Notes: a model not told the origin generated them from the sequence alone. A stretch of DNA of 20,000 bases from an uncultured virus (IMG/VR IMGVR_UViG_2882234885_000004) (IMGVR_UViG_2882234885_000004), one strand, 5' to 3'; counted from the first letter of the stretch, positions 1-8,869 are shown. A program made the numbers and translations.

Positions 1-1
1 T

Positions 2-2002
2 GGAAAGTACCCTATCGTGTTCCGTATGGACGGCCGGAACAGGCTTAATCGAAGCATCTTGGCTACCGGGGGGCAAGACAAACTGGAGTCCTTTGCCAAG
101 AACTTCATCTTTCAGTCCGTAAAGCGGCGCGAGTCCATCCTGATAAATGACCCGGAGAGCAGGCTTTTCAATACGATGAGTTCGTATTTGAGTTCGAAAG
201 GTTATACTGTGCGGTATCTGGACCTGGACCGCTCGGAACTGAGCGATAGCTGGGAACCTTTCCAGCCGTTTTTCTATGCGGAGAATTGTCCTGGGGCAGG
301 GGACCCCGGCTATGCCGCCTTCCTTGCACATGCAATCGTGGACCCGGCCTGGGGGGATAGTTCCGAATCTTCCTCCGCCGCACAGGACCTCCTGATGGCA
401 CTTATCCTGCGTGTCGTCTATGGTATCGAATACGATGAGAAGACTCTGACTGCGGTGTTCCAGCTCCTGAAAACACCGTATGGCCTGCAGTATCTGGACA
501 CACTCTTCACCGAGGAGTTCCAGGGAAGCGCAACTCGCATGGCCATTGAGTCCTATCAGAAATTCAAAAAGCACCCGGAGCCGCTGCAGCAGGATGTTTT
601 CAAAAAACTGCCGTCCCTGGTCGAGCCGCTTCTGAAAATCTACCCGGCGGCCTCGGAATTTCCCATGCATACGGTTTCTATGGATATGCACCTGCCTGGT
701 AATGCCCCTTGTGCGTATTTTATTAAATACAGCAGGGATAGCCAGAACGCCAGGGAGGCCGCATTCTTCTTTAGCGCATTTTACAGGTCCCTGTTCAATG
801 ACTCGGACGCGCTTGCAAAACGTGGTGCTGTATCAATCCCCACGCCGGTAAATTTCCTTCTGCACGAAATGTCCTCTATCGGCCAAATCTTTAAATTGGA
901 TTTTGCCTTGGCCACGTCACGGAAGCGGAATGTAAATTTCTGTATGACGGCCAACAGTATTCAAGACCTCTCACAAACATATGAGAATTGGCTTACGATT
1001 TCCGCAAATTGCTCTACTCATCTTGCCTTTAGCCCGTACAATGCGACGGACATCGACATGATTCAGAAATGGGTCGGTCCAGGGGAAGTTGTTTTTGACC
1101 GCAAAAGCCTCCAGGATGATACTGTGGTTATCCTACTCCATTTCCATGAGCCTATTTTCGCCAAGGAATATCCTTACACTCTGCACTCCGAAGCGTCCGA
1201 CCCCATCATCCGTTCTGATGCTCCGGCAGATATTATCGGCTTATTGAGCCACAACGGTCTAAAGGAATATCGGGAGGGCCGCGATGCGGTTTCCAAAGAC
1301 TATATGCGGATTTTCCCCAAGGCAAATGAGGTGAACCGCAACTGGTTTGGGGAGTGCGAGCCAATTCCGGTTCCAGACTCTGTACTGAACCGGGTAAATG
1401 AGCCTGACAATTCGTCCCCCAGCAAAAAACTGGTCAAAATCAGCGACTATGGCGCGACCAATCTGGAGGCGGTCTCAACCCTGGAGAATATTTCGCAGAG
1501 CGCATTGGTGGATAGGCTTCTGACCTCGCCCTGTATGTTTGTCAAAGCCCAGTTCCTTGGCCGCGATGCAAATACGGTAGAGCCGATTGCCAATATCGTG
1601 GAGTATTACCAGGCGCAGTCCAGCCGGTCGATGTCGTTGGAGAAAAGCCGCGAGTTGCTGTACCTGATAGAAGATGTTGCGAAAGCAATCCTGGTGAACA
1701 GCGAGAAACTGAAACGGCAGAACAAGTACCTCTACTCCAACATGGTGGATGTGCTCAAAATGCCGGAGTTCACGGAAATCTGTCAGGACATGGAGGCCCA
1801 CCGCTTCTGCACAACTGCCCAATTCCAGCAGTTGATAGAGACTATGCTGGAGAATATCAGCGACCGCCAGGTGTATGCCAGTCCCTTCCTGTTCCGCAAT
1901 CTGGTCGTTATCCTCCGGGACTTCAGTCAGTGGTTCGGCGGCCAGACCTCGCTGGACTGGTATACGAAGGCGAAACCCGTCATTGAATTCTTGCTCGCGT
2001 GA
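2..2002 (+). CDS. VirD4/TraG-like type IV secretion coupling-protein homolog with degenerate Walker motifs (probably 5'-truncated by the window edge)
   Basis: Segments 'SILINDPESRLF...LSSKGYTVRYLDL...SDSWEPF', 'VNFLLHEMSSIGQI' and 'LATSRKRNVNFCMTANSIQDLSQTY...ISANC' follow the Firmicute VirD4/TraG pattern (TDPKGEL, GY.V..LNL, FLLDEFANIG.I, RSR.I....QS..QL...Y). The frame is open from base 2, so the true start may lie upstream; the ORF track starts at GTG 17. Confidence 0.75.
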   Translation, partial: GKYPIVFRMDGRNRLNRSILATGGQDKLESFAKNFIFQSVKRRESILINDPESRLFNTMSSYLSSKGYTVRYLDLDRSELSDSWEPFQPFFYAENCPGAGDPGYAAFLAHAIVDPAWGDSSESSSAAQDLLMALILRVVYGIEYDEKTLTAVFQLLKTPYGLQYLDTLFTEEFQGSATRMAIESYQKFKKHPEPLQQDVFKKLPSLVEPLLKIYPAASEFPMHTVSMDMHLPGNAPCAYFIKYSRDSQNAREAAFFFSAFYRSLFNDSDALAKRGAVSIPTPVNFLLHEMSSIGQIFKLDFALATSRKRNVNFCMTANSIQDLSQTYENWLTISANCSTHLAFSPYNATDIDMIQKWVGPGEVVFDRKSLQDDTVVILLHFHEPIFAKEYPYTLHSEASDPIIRSDAPADIIGLLSHNGLKEYREGRDAVSKDYMRIFPKANEVNRNWFGECEPIPVPDSVLNRVNEPDNSSPSKKLVKISDYGATNLEAVSTLENISQSALVDRLLTSPCMFVKAQFLGRDANTVEPIANIVEYYQAQSSRSMSLEKSRELLYLIEDVAKAILVNSEKLKRQNKYLYSNMVDVLKMPEFTEICQDMEAHRFCTTAQFQQLIETMLENISDRQVYASPFLFRNLVVILRDFSQWFGGQTSLDWYTKAKPVIEFLLA

Positions 2003-2015
2003 GGAGGTAAATTTT

Positions 2016-2852
2016 ATGGAGCTTGAAGGAAAAACTGTGCTTATAACGTCTGAAATGGCGGAAGAATTTTTGAAGCACAATACCAGGAATCGGAACATCC
2101 GGCTGCCGTATGTAGAAGAACTTGCCACCTACATGCGGCAAGGAAAGTGGGACGTCACCCACCAGGGTATCGGCTTCTATGAAGATGGGACCCTTTTCGA
2201 TGGGCAGCACCGCCTGCACGCCATCATCAAGGCTGGTGTCCCTGTAAAAATGATGGTCACTTATGGAATCCCCCTCGCTGCAACTCATGCGGACACGGGG
2301 CTGAAGCGCTCGGAGGCAGACCTGGTAAAGCTGATGGGTAACAGCGAGTTTCAGTGGGTCGGGGCCCGCGAAATTGCCATTACAAACATCCTAAAGGTAC
2401 AATTTCCCCGTCTTGGCCTTGTGACCTTGGAGGATAAAGCCGCATTCATGCAGTTTTACAAAAATGCGTATTGCTTTGCCAAACAAGCCTACCACCCGAA
2501 CGGGTCTGGGCTGCGGAGTGCAGCTATCTATGCGGCCTTTGTTTGTGCCTACATCGAAACGGGGGCAAAAGAGAAACTCTCCGCCGCAGGGACACTCCTT
2601 GCATCAGGGTTGATTGATAGTACCACCTCAGATGCCTGCTCAAACAACATGCTCCTCCTTCGCAACTATGTCATGCGGGCTGAGTACCGGAAACTGGGGA
2701 AGACTGATGGTAGCGGGCAAAATAAAGTTATCCTTTTTGCTTCCGCAAAAGCACTAGACTCCTACATAAAAGGGAAGCCCATGCGGCGCATCACGATTCC
2801 AAATGCGTTTCCGTTCCATATCTACAACCAGTACGGCATGATTTGCAGTTGA
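2016..2852 (+). CDS. ParB/Srx-like N-terminal domain protein (DGQHR motif)
   Basis: GAGGAGG RBS at 2001-2007 and ATG at 2016. 'ITSEMAEEFLKHNTRNRNI...MRQGKW...GIGFYEDGTLFDGQHRLHAIIKAG' is typical of phage/plasmid ParB-like DGQHR proteins. Confidence 0.75.
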   Translation: MELEGKTVLITSEMAEEFLKHNTRNRNIRLPYVEELATYMRQGKWDVTHQGIGFYEDGTLFDGQHRLHAIIKAGVPVKMMVTYGIPLAATHADTGLKRSEADLVKLMGNSEFQWVGAREIAITNILKVQFPRLGLVTLEDKAAFMQFYKNAYCFAKQAYHPNGSGLRSAAIYAAFVCAYIETGAKEKLSAAGTLLASGLIDSTTSDACSNNMLLLRNYVMRAEYRKLGKTDGSGQNKVILFASAKALDSYIKGKPMRRITIPNAFPFHIYNQYGMICS

Positions 2853-3526
2853 ACACTGATATGCTGAAACTGATTGCAATGCTGACGATGCTGGTAGACC
2901 ATATCGGATTGCTGTTCTTCCCGGAAATTATGGCCTTCCGCATCGTCGGCCGGATAGCAATGCCGCTGTTTGCCTACGGCATCGCACAGGGATATTGGTA
3001 CACGAGGCAGCACGGGACAACAGCCCGATATTTGTGCAGAGTTTCTGCACTTTTCCTCGTTTCCCAAATTCCATACAACTTAGTCCAATATCAGGCCGGA
3101 GTGGCGCTGAACTTCAATATCTGCATATCCTGGGTCCTGGGGATTGTTGCACTGGTCATCCTGGACAGCCAGTGGCATTATCTTCTAAAAACGCTTCTGC
3201 TAACGGCCATTGCCGTAGCTATCACGGGCACATGGCTGGATTATTCCTTTTTGGCTGTCTCAATGGTGATAGCCTTTTCATTGAGGTTCCGGGTCCAGAA
3301 GGGGACACCCATAGCTCTTTGCGCTGCTGGTGCCCTGGTGATTATGTTCTCAGTACTGTACAGCAATTACATTGAGCTGTATGCTTTGACGACATTACCA
3401 ATTCTACTCTGGGTTGAAAAGGAGACAGAACAGCGAGGTAAGACGCTTAAAATCCCAAAGTGGGTTGGCTATGCGTTCTATCCAGTCCATTTATCACTGC
3501 TTGCGGCAATTAAATTCATTGTGTAA
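2843..3526 (+). CDS. traX: TraX family membrane protein (putative acyltransferase)
   Basis: 'LKLIAMLTMLVDHIG...FRIVGRIAMPLFAY.IAQGY..TR' and the C-terminal 'YAFYPVHL' are TraX family signatures, and the protein has multiple hydrophobic segments. The start may be TTG 2849, overlapping the upstream TGA. Confidence 0.85.
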   Translation: MQLNTDMLKLIAMLTMLVDHIGLLFFPEIMAFRIVGRIAMPLFAYGIAQGYWYTRQHGTTARYLCRVSALFLVSQIPYNLVQYQAGVALNFNICISWVLGIVALVILDSQWHYLLKTLLLTAIAVAITGTWLDYSFLAVSMVIAFSLRFRVQKGTPIALCAAGALVIMFSVLYSNYIELYALTTLPILLWVEKETEQRGKTLKIPKWVGYAFYPVHLSLLAAIKFIV

Positions 3527-3541
3527 CAGGAGGTCAGCATC

Positions 3542-3910
3542 ATGAATTTCCCTATTGTTTTCCGATTCACCGACGCAAAAACACAGGACTTACTCCTTGC
3601 GGTTTCCAAAAAGCTAGGGAAATCCCCTATAGAAGCTATACAGGCCACCATTTGTGATGAGCGGACTGTCGAGGCGATTTCTGAGGGCTGGGGTATTATT
3701 GCACTATCTCTTTGGGGACATGGTGAAAACAAATTCGATGATGATGATTTTGCAAAGTTGGACGAACCCGAATTGGAAGTGCCTCTGAGCGAAGACCAGG
3801 TTGCGAACCTTATCGCCTACGCTGACAGTGACGAGTCGGTGAAGTCTATTGAAGACTTGGTAGGAGTGTTCTTGATTTTTGAGGCAGATGCTCTGGGTTT
3901 CCACGTATAA
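3542..3910 (+). CDS. hypothetical acidic protein (122 aa)
   Basis: AGGAGG RBS at 3528-3533; co-oriented with traX. Confidence 0.7.
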   Translation: MNFPIVFRFTDAKTQDLLLAVSKKLGKSPIEAIQATICDERTVEAISEGWGIIALSLWGHGENKFDDDDFAKLDEPELEVPLSEDQVANLIAYADSDESVKSIEDLVGVFLIFEADALGFHV

Positions 3911-3911
3911 G

Positions 3912-3951
3912 GCACTAAAGCGCCAAGATGCTTAGGCTCTTAGACACTCAA
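3912..3951. repeat. array A of degenerate 8-bp tandem repeats (consensus ~GYRCYTAA)
   Basis: gcactaaa gcgccaag atgcttag gctcttag acactcaa; related arrays at 13187 and 14261. Confidence 0.6.
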
Positions 3952-3985
3952 TAATTCTTGCTGTGCCCGTTCCTTCTCTCGAAAA

Positions 3986-4140
3986 TTGACCAATAAATTT
4001 TCACGTGGTATAATAAGAACCAAACCAAGGAAGTATCTGAAAAATTCTATCATTATGATTCAAGCAGTCATTCTTCGCAATTCATGCGGGAGTGGCTGCT
4101 TTTTATATATACACAAACATTTTTAAAAGGAGCGATAACT
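3986..4140 (+). promoter_or_regulatory. conserved operon leader copy 1 (sigmaA promoter + AAGGRAGTAT box + leader terminator)
   Basis: TTGACC 3986-3991, 17-bp spacer, TG-G-TATAAT 4006-4014, CAAGGAAGTAT 4026-4036, TTCAAG 4059-4064, hairpin 4062-4101, T-tract, ATATATACACAAAC, RBS AAAGGAG, ATG 4141. Confidence 0.85.
4062..4104 (+). terminator. intrinsic terminator-like hairpin within leader 1
   Basis: aagcagtcattcttcgca / tgcgggagtggctgctt stem with G-U pairs, followed by TTTTT. Confidence 0.7.
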
Positions 4141-4407
4141 ATGATAAGAGAAATCAACGATGTTTACGACCTGCGTGCCGCCTACTATGAGAAGCATCCG
4201 AACGGCCATTTCTTCGACGGAGACACACTCAAGTTTTTCGGGGAACGATTCTCCGAGATGCGCCTGCTTAAGGGAACGGTTCAAGTCACCGACTCCTTAG
4301 GGAAGGAACATACCTGCTATGTTGTCAGTTCGCTGCAGCGCATCCCAATGGTAGGGCGGAAGCGTGTCTACCACCATTTCGATGTAGAGACATTGGAGGA
4401 TATCTGA
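4141..4407 (+). CDS. small hypothetical protein (88 aa) with an 'HFFD.DT..FFG' motif reminiscent of small phage/MGE proteins
   Basis: AAAGGAG RBS before ATG 4141. The ORF-track start at 4084 lies inside the leader hairpin and is unlikely. Confidence 0.75.
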   Translation: MIREINDVYDLRAAYYEKHPNGHFFDGDTLKFFGERFSEMRLLKGTVQVTDSLGKEHTCYVVSSLQRIPMVGRKRVYHHFDVETLEDI

Positions 4408-5084
4408 TGGAAATGCAAAAAAACTTGGAGCGTATCATCGCTGAGACTTCTGCTGTGGCCATTCCAGTCACAGCACAGCCGGGGGAGAAAGAAGACTGGA
4501 TTCGTTACAGCGACTCCAATGAAGGTGAGCCGGGCTATTACCGAGATTATCTGGACCCCAAGACCGGGGCAATCCTGTATAGTTTCGGAGAGACCTGCTG
4601 TGTACACCCATGGCTTTGCGACCCTGCTGGTGTCCTTCCGTCTGAGTGCCATGGTCTGGTTCTATTGAGCAGTGAGAACTGTGACGAAAACTGCTTCACA
4701 GTGCCTCTTGCGCAGTTCGAAGCAGATTTTGGCTCGATTGCAGATGCAGTCATGCAGATGCTGGCCCAAAAACCCGAGAACTGTACGTTGCGGTTGTTTC
4801 TTAAGACGGATGACCCGGAAGATTCCTATTTAGACGCCTTGGATGTAAAGATGGACACCGAAACTGGCACTGTCAGCCTAGACAACGCTTTTATCCACGA
4901 CTATCTGGATAGTTCGCCTGCATGGCGACTCTGCGAGTCAGCCGGTATGGAAATCGAGGTGCAGGACTGCTATATGACTGGGTATTCCAGTTTTATTGCC
5001 AGCACGACAGCGGATAACCTGAAGAAATTTCTTTTGGAGCACAAGGTTATTCCTGTGTTCATCAAAAAAGCAAAGGAGAAATGA
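4407..5084 (+). CDS. hypothetical acidic protein (225 aa)
   Basis: GGAGG RBS; the start overlaps the previous stop (TGATG). Confidence 0.75.
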   Translation: MEMQKNLERIIAETSAVAIPVTAQPGEKEDWIRYSDSNEGEPGYYRDYLDPKTGAILYSFGETCCVHPWLCDPAGVLPSECHGLVLLSSENCDENCFTVPLAQFEADFGSIADAVMQMLAQKPENCTLRLFLKTDDPEDSYLDALDVKMDTETGTVSLDNAFIHDYLDSSPAWRLCESAGMEIEVQDCYMTGYSSFIASTTADNLKKFLLEHKVIPVFIKKAKEK

Positions 5085-5087
5085 ACC

Positions 5088-5537
5088 ATGGACGGAACTT
5101 TGAGTAAAATCGGCATCATCGACCTTGCTGAACGTGCTTCCCATCTTCCTGTGAATCGGATGGTTTACATCTACGGAAGGGAGGACATCAGTGCTGGGGA
5201 GACCTATGGTCTCATGGTCACGGATGCCTTCGAGACACGGATGTATCTGTTGTGTTACCTGGGCCACACCCATTGCAAGGCGGTCTCCTGCGACAGCGGC
5301 ATGGAGCACACAGAGGAGATTTCCGCTATCCGGGACATTCTGGAAAGTGCCTGGATGGAAGCCGAACTCACCGATTTCTACGTTGATGAGAGACAGTGGA
5401 GTGAAAAGCCCGCCGACATCACTCCTTGGCTGCTTGGTATCGGATGTGCCAGTAAGAAAAGCAGGGGAGGGGCAGCCACATTGGTTGCCCCTCTCTTCAA
5501 AGGAGATGAATCATTTGAAGTACTATCTGAGTTATGA
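5088..5537 (+). CDS. hypothetical protein (149 aa)
   Basis: AAGGAG RBS upstream; tightly packed in the operon. Confidence 0.7.
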   Translation: MDGTLSKIGIIDLAERASHLPVNRMVYIYGREDISAGETYGLMVTDAFETRMYLLCYLGHTHCKAVSCDSGMEHTEEISAIRDILESAWMEAELTDFYVDERQWSEKPADITPWLLGIGCASKKSRGGAATLVAPLFKGDESFEVLSEL

Positions 5538-5844
5538 CCATGTGGGGTCCCATGGGCCTGTACAGATGCAGGTCATTCCATACGACCCGTCCAACGGTGT
5601 CCGTGTGGTCGGCAAAAGTACCTTCCTCTACCACGGCAGTCTGATTGTCTCGGGCCTATTTGATACCATCAAAGAGGCCCTTGCAGACCTTGGGACGTAC
5701 TCGAAGCCCACCAGGCTGCCGGATGGAAGTTCTGTAATTCCGGCCGCAGCCAACGGCTATGAGCGGGATGACAGTCCGTTCCAGAGATGGCATCCCGGAG
5801 TGCAGGAGTTATGGCCCGGAGACCCTGGTTGGGGCCTTGTATGA
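5515..5844 (+). CDS. hypothetical protein (~109 aa)
   Basis: AAGGAG at 5500-5505 followed by in-frame TTG 5515 (MKYYLSYDHVGSHG...). This is the 3' part of track ORF 5191..5844. Confidence 0.6.
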   Translation: MKYYLSYDHVGSHGPVQMQVIPYDPSNGVRVVGKSTFLYHGSLIVSGLFDTIKEALADLGTYSKPTRLPDGSSVIPAAANGYERDDSPFQRWHPGVQELWPGDPGWGLV

Positions 5845-5858
5845 GGGGGGCGTTCAAA

Positions 5859-6152
5859 GTGGATACAATCAGTTCCTATGAGAGTCAGGTAAAAAACAGT
5901 ATCTTTCAGGTGTTCAACGGTGTCGAGACGGAAGTGGAGGCTATGGTATTTGCCAATTATGCCATGCGGCAGTTGAAAGAGTCGCAGAACCCCAAATTTT
6001 CCAGGGAGACATCCACTGCTTTTATCAATCTCTTGGCAGAGATGCTCCACCGAGAGATGCACAGCATCTATGGAAGCCAGGTCTTTGACTATTCGCTGGA
6101 TACAGCAGTGACGGACGCCAAGATTTGCCTTCAATCTGAAAGAATGGTATAA
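5859..6152 (+). CDS. hypothetical protein (~97 aa)
   Basis: GAGGGGG RBS then GTG 5859 (alternative start ATG 5841). Its stop codon TAA lies inside the -10 box of leader 2. Confidence 0.6.
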   Translation: MDTISSYESQVKNSIFQVFNGVETEVEAMVFANYAMRQLKESQNPKFSRETSTAFINLLAEMLHREMHSIYGSQVFDYSLDTAVTDAKICLQSERMV

Positions 6153-6279
6153 TTTACTCAAATTAAGGAAGTATCGAAATCACAGCCAATCTCATAACAC
6201 TTCAAGCAGCTATATCCTTTGGGGTATAGCTGCTTTTTATATATATACAAACAATCTTTACAAAAACGGAGGAATCACT
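6125..6279 (+). promoter_or_regulatory. conserved operon leader copy 2
   Basis: TTGCCT 6125-6130, 17 bp, TG-G-TATAAT 6145-6153, TAAGGAAGTAT 6164-6174, TTCAAG 6201-6206, hairpin 6204-6235, T-tract, ATATATACAAAC, RBS GGAGG, ATG 6280. Confidence 0.85.
6204..6238 (+). terminator. intrinsic terminator-like hairpin within leader 2
   Basis: aagcagctatatcc / gggtatagctgctt stem followed by TTTTT. Confidence 0.75.
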
Positions 6280-6732
6280 ATGTTCAGAGTAGACAGTTCC
6301 AGATTCAACAACTATCCTGCGTATGAGTTCAACCTGGAGCACCTCGACTTCTATCAAGTCGGGAATAAGGACCTCTACATCGTCTGCCGCGCAGGTGGAA
6401 GCACCGATGACTGTGTGCAGACAGGGAGTCAGGAGTATATCAACGGCTGGCTGTATGGTGCAGTCCAGGCCGCGTGTGGTCAGCTTCGCAAGCGCATGGA
6501 AAGCTATCCAGAGCTTCGAAATTATGACGAGGACCATCAGTATGACATGAACCGGGAACCTGATGACGTACCCGGGAACGAATTGGGCCGCTATGAAATC
6601 GTGTTCAAAGTACACGAAGACCACTACTATTGCTTTGCTGATGCAGTCAACATGGACGAAGCCCTGGGTCAGTTTTTCAAGCATCATCCCAATATTACTT
6701 ATGGGATGGTTGTTGACCACATGGAAGTATAA
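6280..6732 (+). CDS. hypothetical acidic protein (150 aa)
   Basis: GGAGG RBS; first gene after leader 2. Confidence 0.8.
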   Translation: MFRVDSSRFNNYPAYEFNLEHLDFYQVGNKDLYIVCRAGGSTDDCVQTGSQEYINGWLYGAVQAACGQLRKRMESYPELRNYDEDHQYDMNREPDDVPGNELGRYEIVFKVHEDHYYCFADAVNMDEALGQFFKHHPNITYGMVVDHMEV

Positions 6733-6758
6733 CCAGCATTTGAAAGGGGAGAAAAGTA

Positions 6759-7013
6759 TTGAAAAACACCGTTATTTCGGAAAAAGTGCTTCACGATGCA
6801 TCCGAATATATCAATGAGCATCCGGGTAACTTTTTCAAGTCTGACGCTGAGGAACTGAAGAAGTTCAACAGTGCGGAATTCAAGGAGCACGCATTGTCCG
6901 AACTTCAGGGTTCCATGGCCTATTCTGGCAATACGGTCTTTGCCGTCTACACAGCGGCAGACCTCGCCAGATATGTATGGAATATTTTCCTGAACTGGGC
7001 CTGGGGGTGGTGA
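6759..7013 (+). CDS. hypothetical protein (84 aa)
   Basis: AAAGGGGAG RBS and TTG start. Confidence 0.65.
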   Translation: MKNTVISEKVLHDASEYINEHPGNFFKSDAEELKKFNSAEFKEHALSELQGSMAYSGNTVFAVYTAADLARYVWNIFLNWAWGW

Positions 7014-7014
7014 T

Positions 7015-7410
7015 ATGGGCAACTATCCTATCTTTCCCATTGCAGAGGGCCAGAAGGTGTTCCTGGAGCCTTGCGGAAACGCAGCCAGATGGCACGGCGC
7101 AAAGGCTCCGTTGGAGGCTACCATCACCGCTATCAAGCGGAAGTACATCTATGTAGATGTTCCTGCTGTCCACGGAACCTTGAAGTTCTTCCGAGACACC
7201 TTGGAATACTGCGATAACTGCGAAACGAACTCATCCTACGTCATGTATCCCTCCAAGGAGGAGTACGAGGCGGAAATCGATACCAGAGAGAAGGAGCGTG
7301 TCGTAGTCGGTTATTTCCGTGATTACACGATGAACAAAATTCGCAGACGTGGCCTATCCCGTGAGGCCCTGAATACCATCTACCGGCTGATTCAAGAAGA
7401 GTTGAATTAA
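7015..7410 (+). CDS. hypothetical protein (131 aa), N-terminal beta-barrel-like region reminiscent of Firmicute phage proteins
   Basis: GGGGGTGGTG RBS. The 'GQKVFLEP.GNAAR...EATITAIKRKYIYV' pattern was recognised by eye. Confidence 0.7.
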   Translation: MGNYPIFPIAEGQKVFLEPCGNAARWHGAKAPLEATITAIKRKYIYVDVPAVHGTLKFFRDTLEYCDNCETNSSYVMYPSKEEYEAEIDTREKERVVVGYFRDYTMNKIRRRGLSREALNTIYRLIQEELN

Positions 7411-7435
7411 CAAATATTTACAGGGAGAAATTTAT

Positions 7436-7957
7436 ATGCTAAAGTCTTACTATGCCTTAGTTCTTTGCGATAGCCCTTGTGATGCTCAGGATACTGTGGA
7501 GCGAATGCAGGCACAGGGGCTGGATGCAACTGCTGTTGGACAGGGAGTACAGGTCAGCAGACAGTTTACCCTCCGCGAGGAGGGCCCGAAGTACTCCCCA
7601 CAGTGGGAGGTGTCCCTGATGAACGCCATTACCGACGAAATCGGTGCGGAGGAAATGATTCGGGATGCTGTAAAGGCAACTGGCAAGCCGTATGTGCTTC
7701 TGGACGAGGCTGACGCCGATTCCTCCATTTCGCTCAATGAGCGGTTGGAGGGTCTGGGAGACCATGAGGCATTTGCCAACATTGCCGCTGTGGAGCGTCT
7801 GCAGACCAAGCTGATTGACGGGCTGGACTTGGACGATAAGCCGTCGTTGCAGGAAGCCTTTCAGTACAGAGCCGCTTTGGACGTTGTACTTAGTATTGCG
7901 AAGAAGGCCCTGATTCAGAAACTGTCCAGCGAAGGAGGGCTGCAGGATGCAACCTGA
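7436..7957 (+). CDS. hypothetical acidic protein (173 aa)
   Basis: AGGGAG RBS; operon context. Confidence 0.75.
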   Translation: MLKSYYALVLCDSPCDAQDTVERMQAQGLDATAVGQGVQVSRQFTLREEGPKYSPQWEVSLMNAITDEIGAEEMIRDAVKATGKPYVLLDEADADSSISLNERLEGLGDHEAFANIAAVERLQTKLIDGLDLDDKPSLQEAFQYRAALDVVLSIAKKALIQKLSSEGGLQDAT

Positions 7958-8354
7958 CTTCATCATTCAGGAAGATGCGGCATCTGTATTGCTCAAAACC
8001 CGGTGGATGGCCTGCTACACGCTGCGAGACTCCTATCCCGGCCACGCAAGCAGATGCTTTGAAAGTCTGGACCAGAGGAGGCGAGGGCAAATCATTGCCA
8101 TCTTCTCCCGGTCTGACCATGAACCTTCCGAGCAGGATATCACGGCAGCCTATAACAAAATCCTTGCCCAAGAAATCGAGGACTCTGTGCAGACAGCCAT
8201 CGAAGAATGGGGCGGAGACCGGGCTACCGTCGAAGTAGAAATCGCAAAGACGATTCACGAACTTTTCGACGTGTTCGGGGAAAATCCCCGGCCCGTGATA
8301 CAAGAAAGCACAGAGGGAGACTCTGGAAAAGGCCAACCTGATTTGCCATTTTGA
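7947..8354 (+). CDS. hypothetical acidic protein (135 aa)
   Basis: AAGGAGG RBS; overlaps the previous stop; ends in DLPF. Confidence 0.7.
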   Translation: MQPDFIIQEDAASVLLKTRWMACYTLRDSYPGHASRCFESLDQRRRGQIIAIFSRSDHEPSEQDITAAYNKILAQEIEDSVQTAIEEWGGDRATVEVEIAKTIHELFDVFGENPRPVIQESTEGDSGKGQPDLPF

Positions 8355-8372
8355 AAAAAGGAGAAAAAATAA

Positions 8373-8828
8373 ATGCGAAAATTTTCTTTGCTCGCGGCAC
8401 TGCTGCTAATTGTCTCTGTACTCGCAGGATGCACCGACGCTGGCCCAAACAACGATACGGTTCCGTCTGACTTGACCTATACAGGCACATTCCTGGACCT
8501 GGTGGCCGAGGAAGAGCGGAACACGCCGCCGGTGGACGGGGAACTGAAAATCACCAAGGTCGATAAGGAGACTGGCTGGTGCGTTGTACCAGCCATGAGT
8601 TCTGGTGATGCTGAGTTCCTGTATCCCCGTATGGACTACGACGGGGAGCGTTACCAGCTCCGGTTTGAAAATGGCCTTCTGACCGGCTATACGACGCTCG
8701 GCACAGGCGACCTGTCCGTCACTGCGGATGATGTCTACGGTACGGACGAAGATATGCTGGCGGAATTATTCGATGAATACGTCCGCCAAGTGAACGAATT
8801 CCTTGAATCAGAAGAAGCCAAAGAGTAA
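8373..8828 (+). CDS. putative lipoprotein (151 aa)
   Basis: AAGGAG RBS; signal peptide MRKFSLLAALLLIVSV with lipobox LAGC. Confidence 0.8.
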   Translation: MRKFSLLAALLLIVSVLAGCTDAGPNNDTVPSDLTYTGTFLDLVAEEERNTPPVDGELKITKVDKETGWCVVPAMSSGDAEFLYPRMDYDGERYQLRFENGLLTGYTTLGTGDLSVTADDVYGTDEDMLAELFDEYVRQVNEFLESEEAKE

Positions 8829-8832
8829 CCAG

Positions 8833-8869
8833 AAAAACCCGGCGTTGTTCAAAACAACGTCGGGTTTTT
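8833..8869. terminator. intrinsic terminator, probably bidirectional
   Basis: aaaaacccggcgttgtt-caa-aacaacgtcgggttttt directly after the stop at 8828. Confidence 0.85.

Noticed and set aside
1875..2015. Extended N-termini given by the ORF track (1875, 4084, 5191, 5787, 11711, 15927)
   Set aside because: These overlap upstream genes or regulatory hairpins; downstream starts have clear RBSs.
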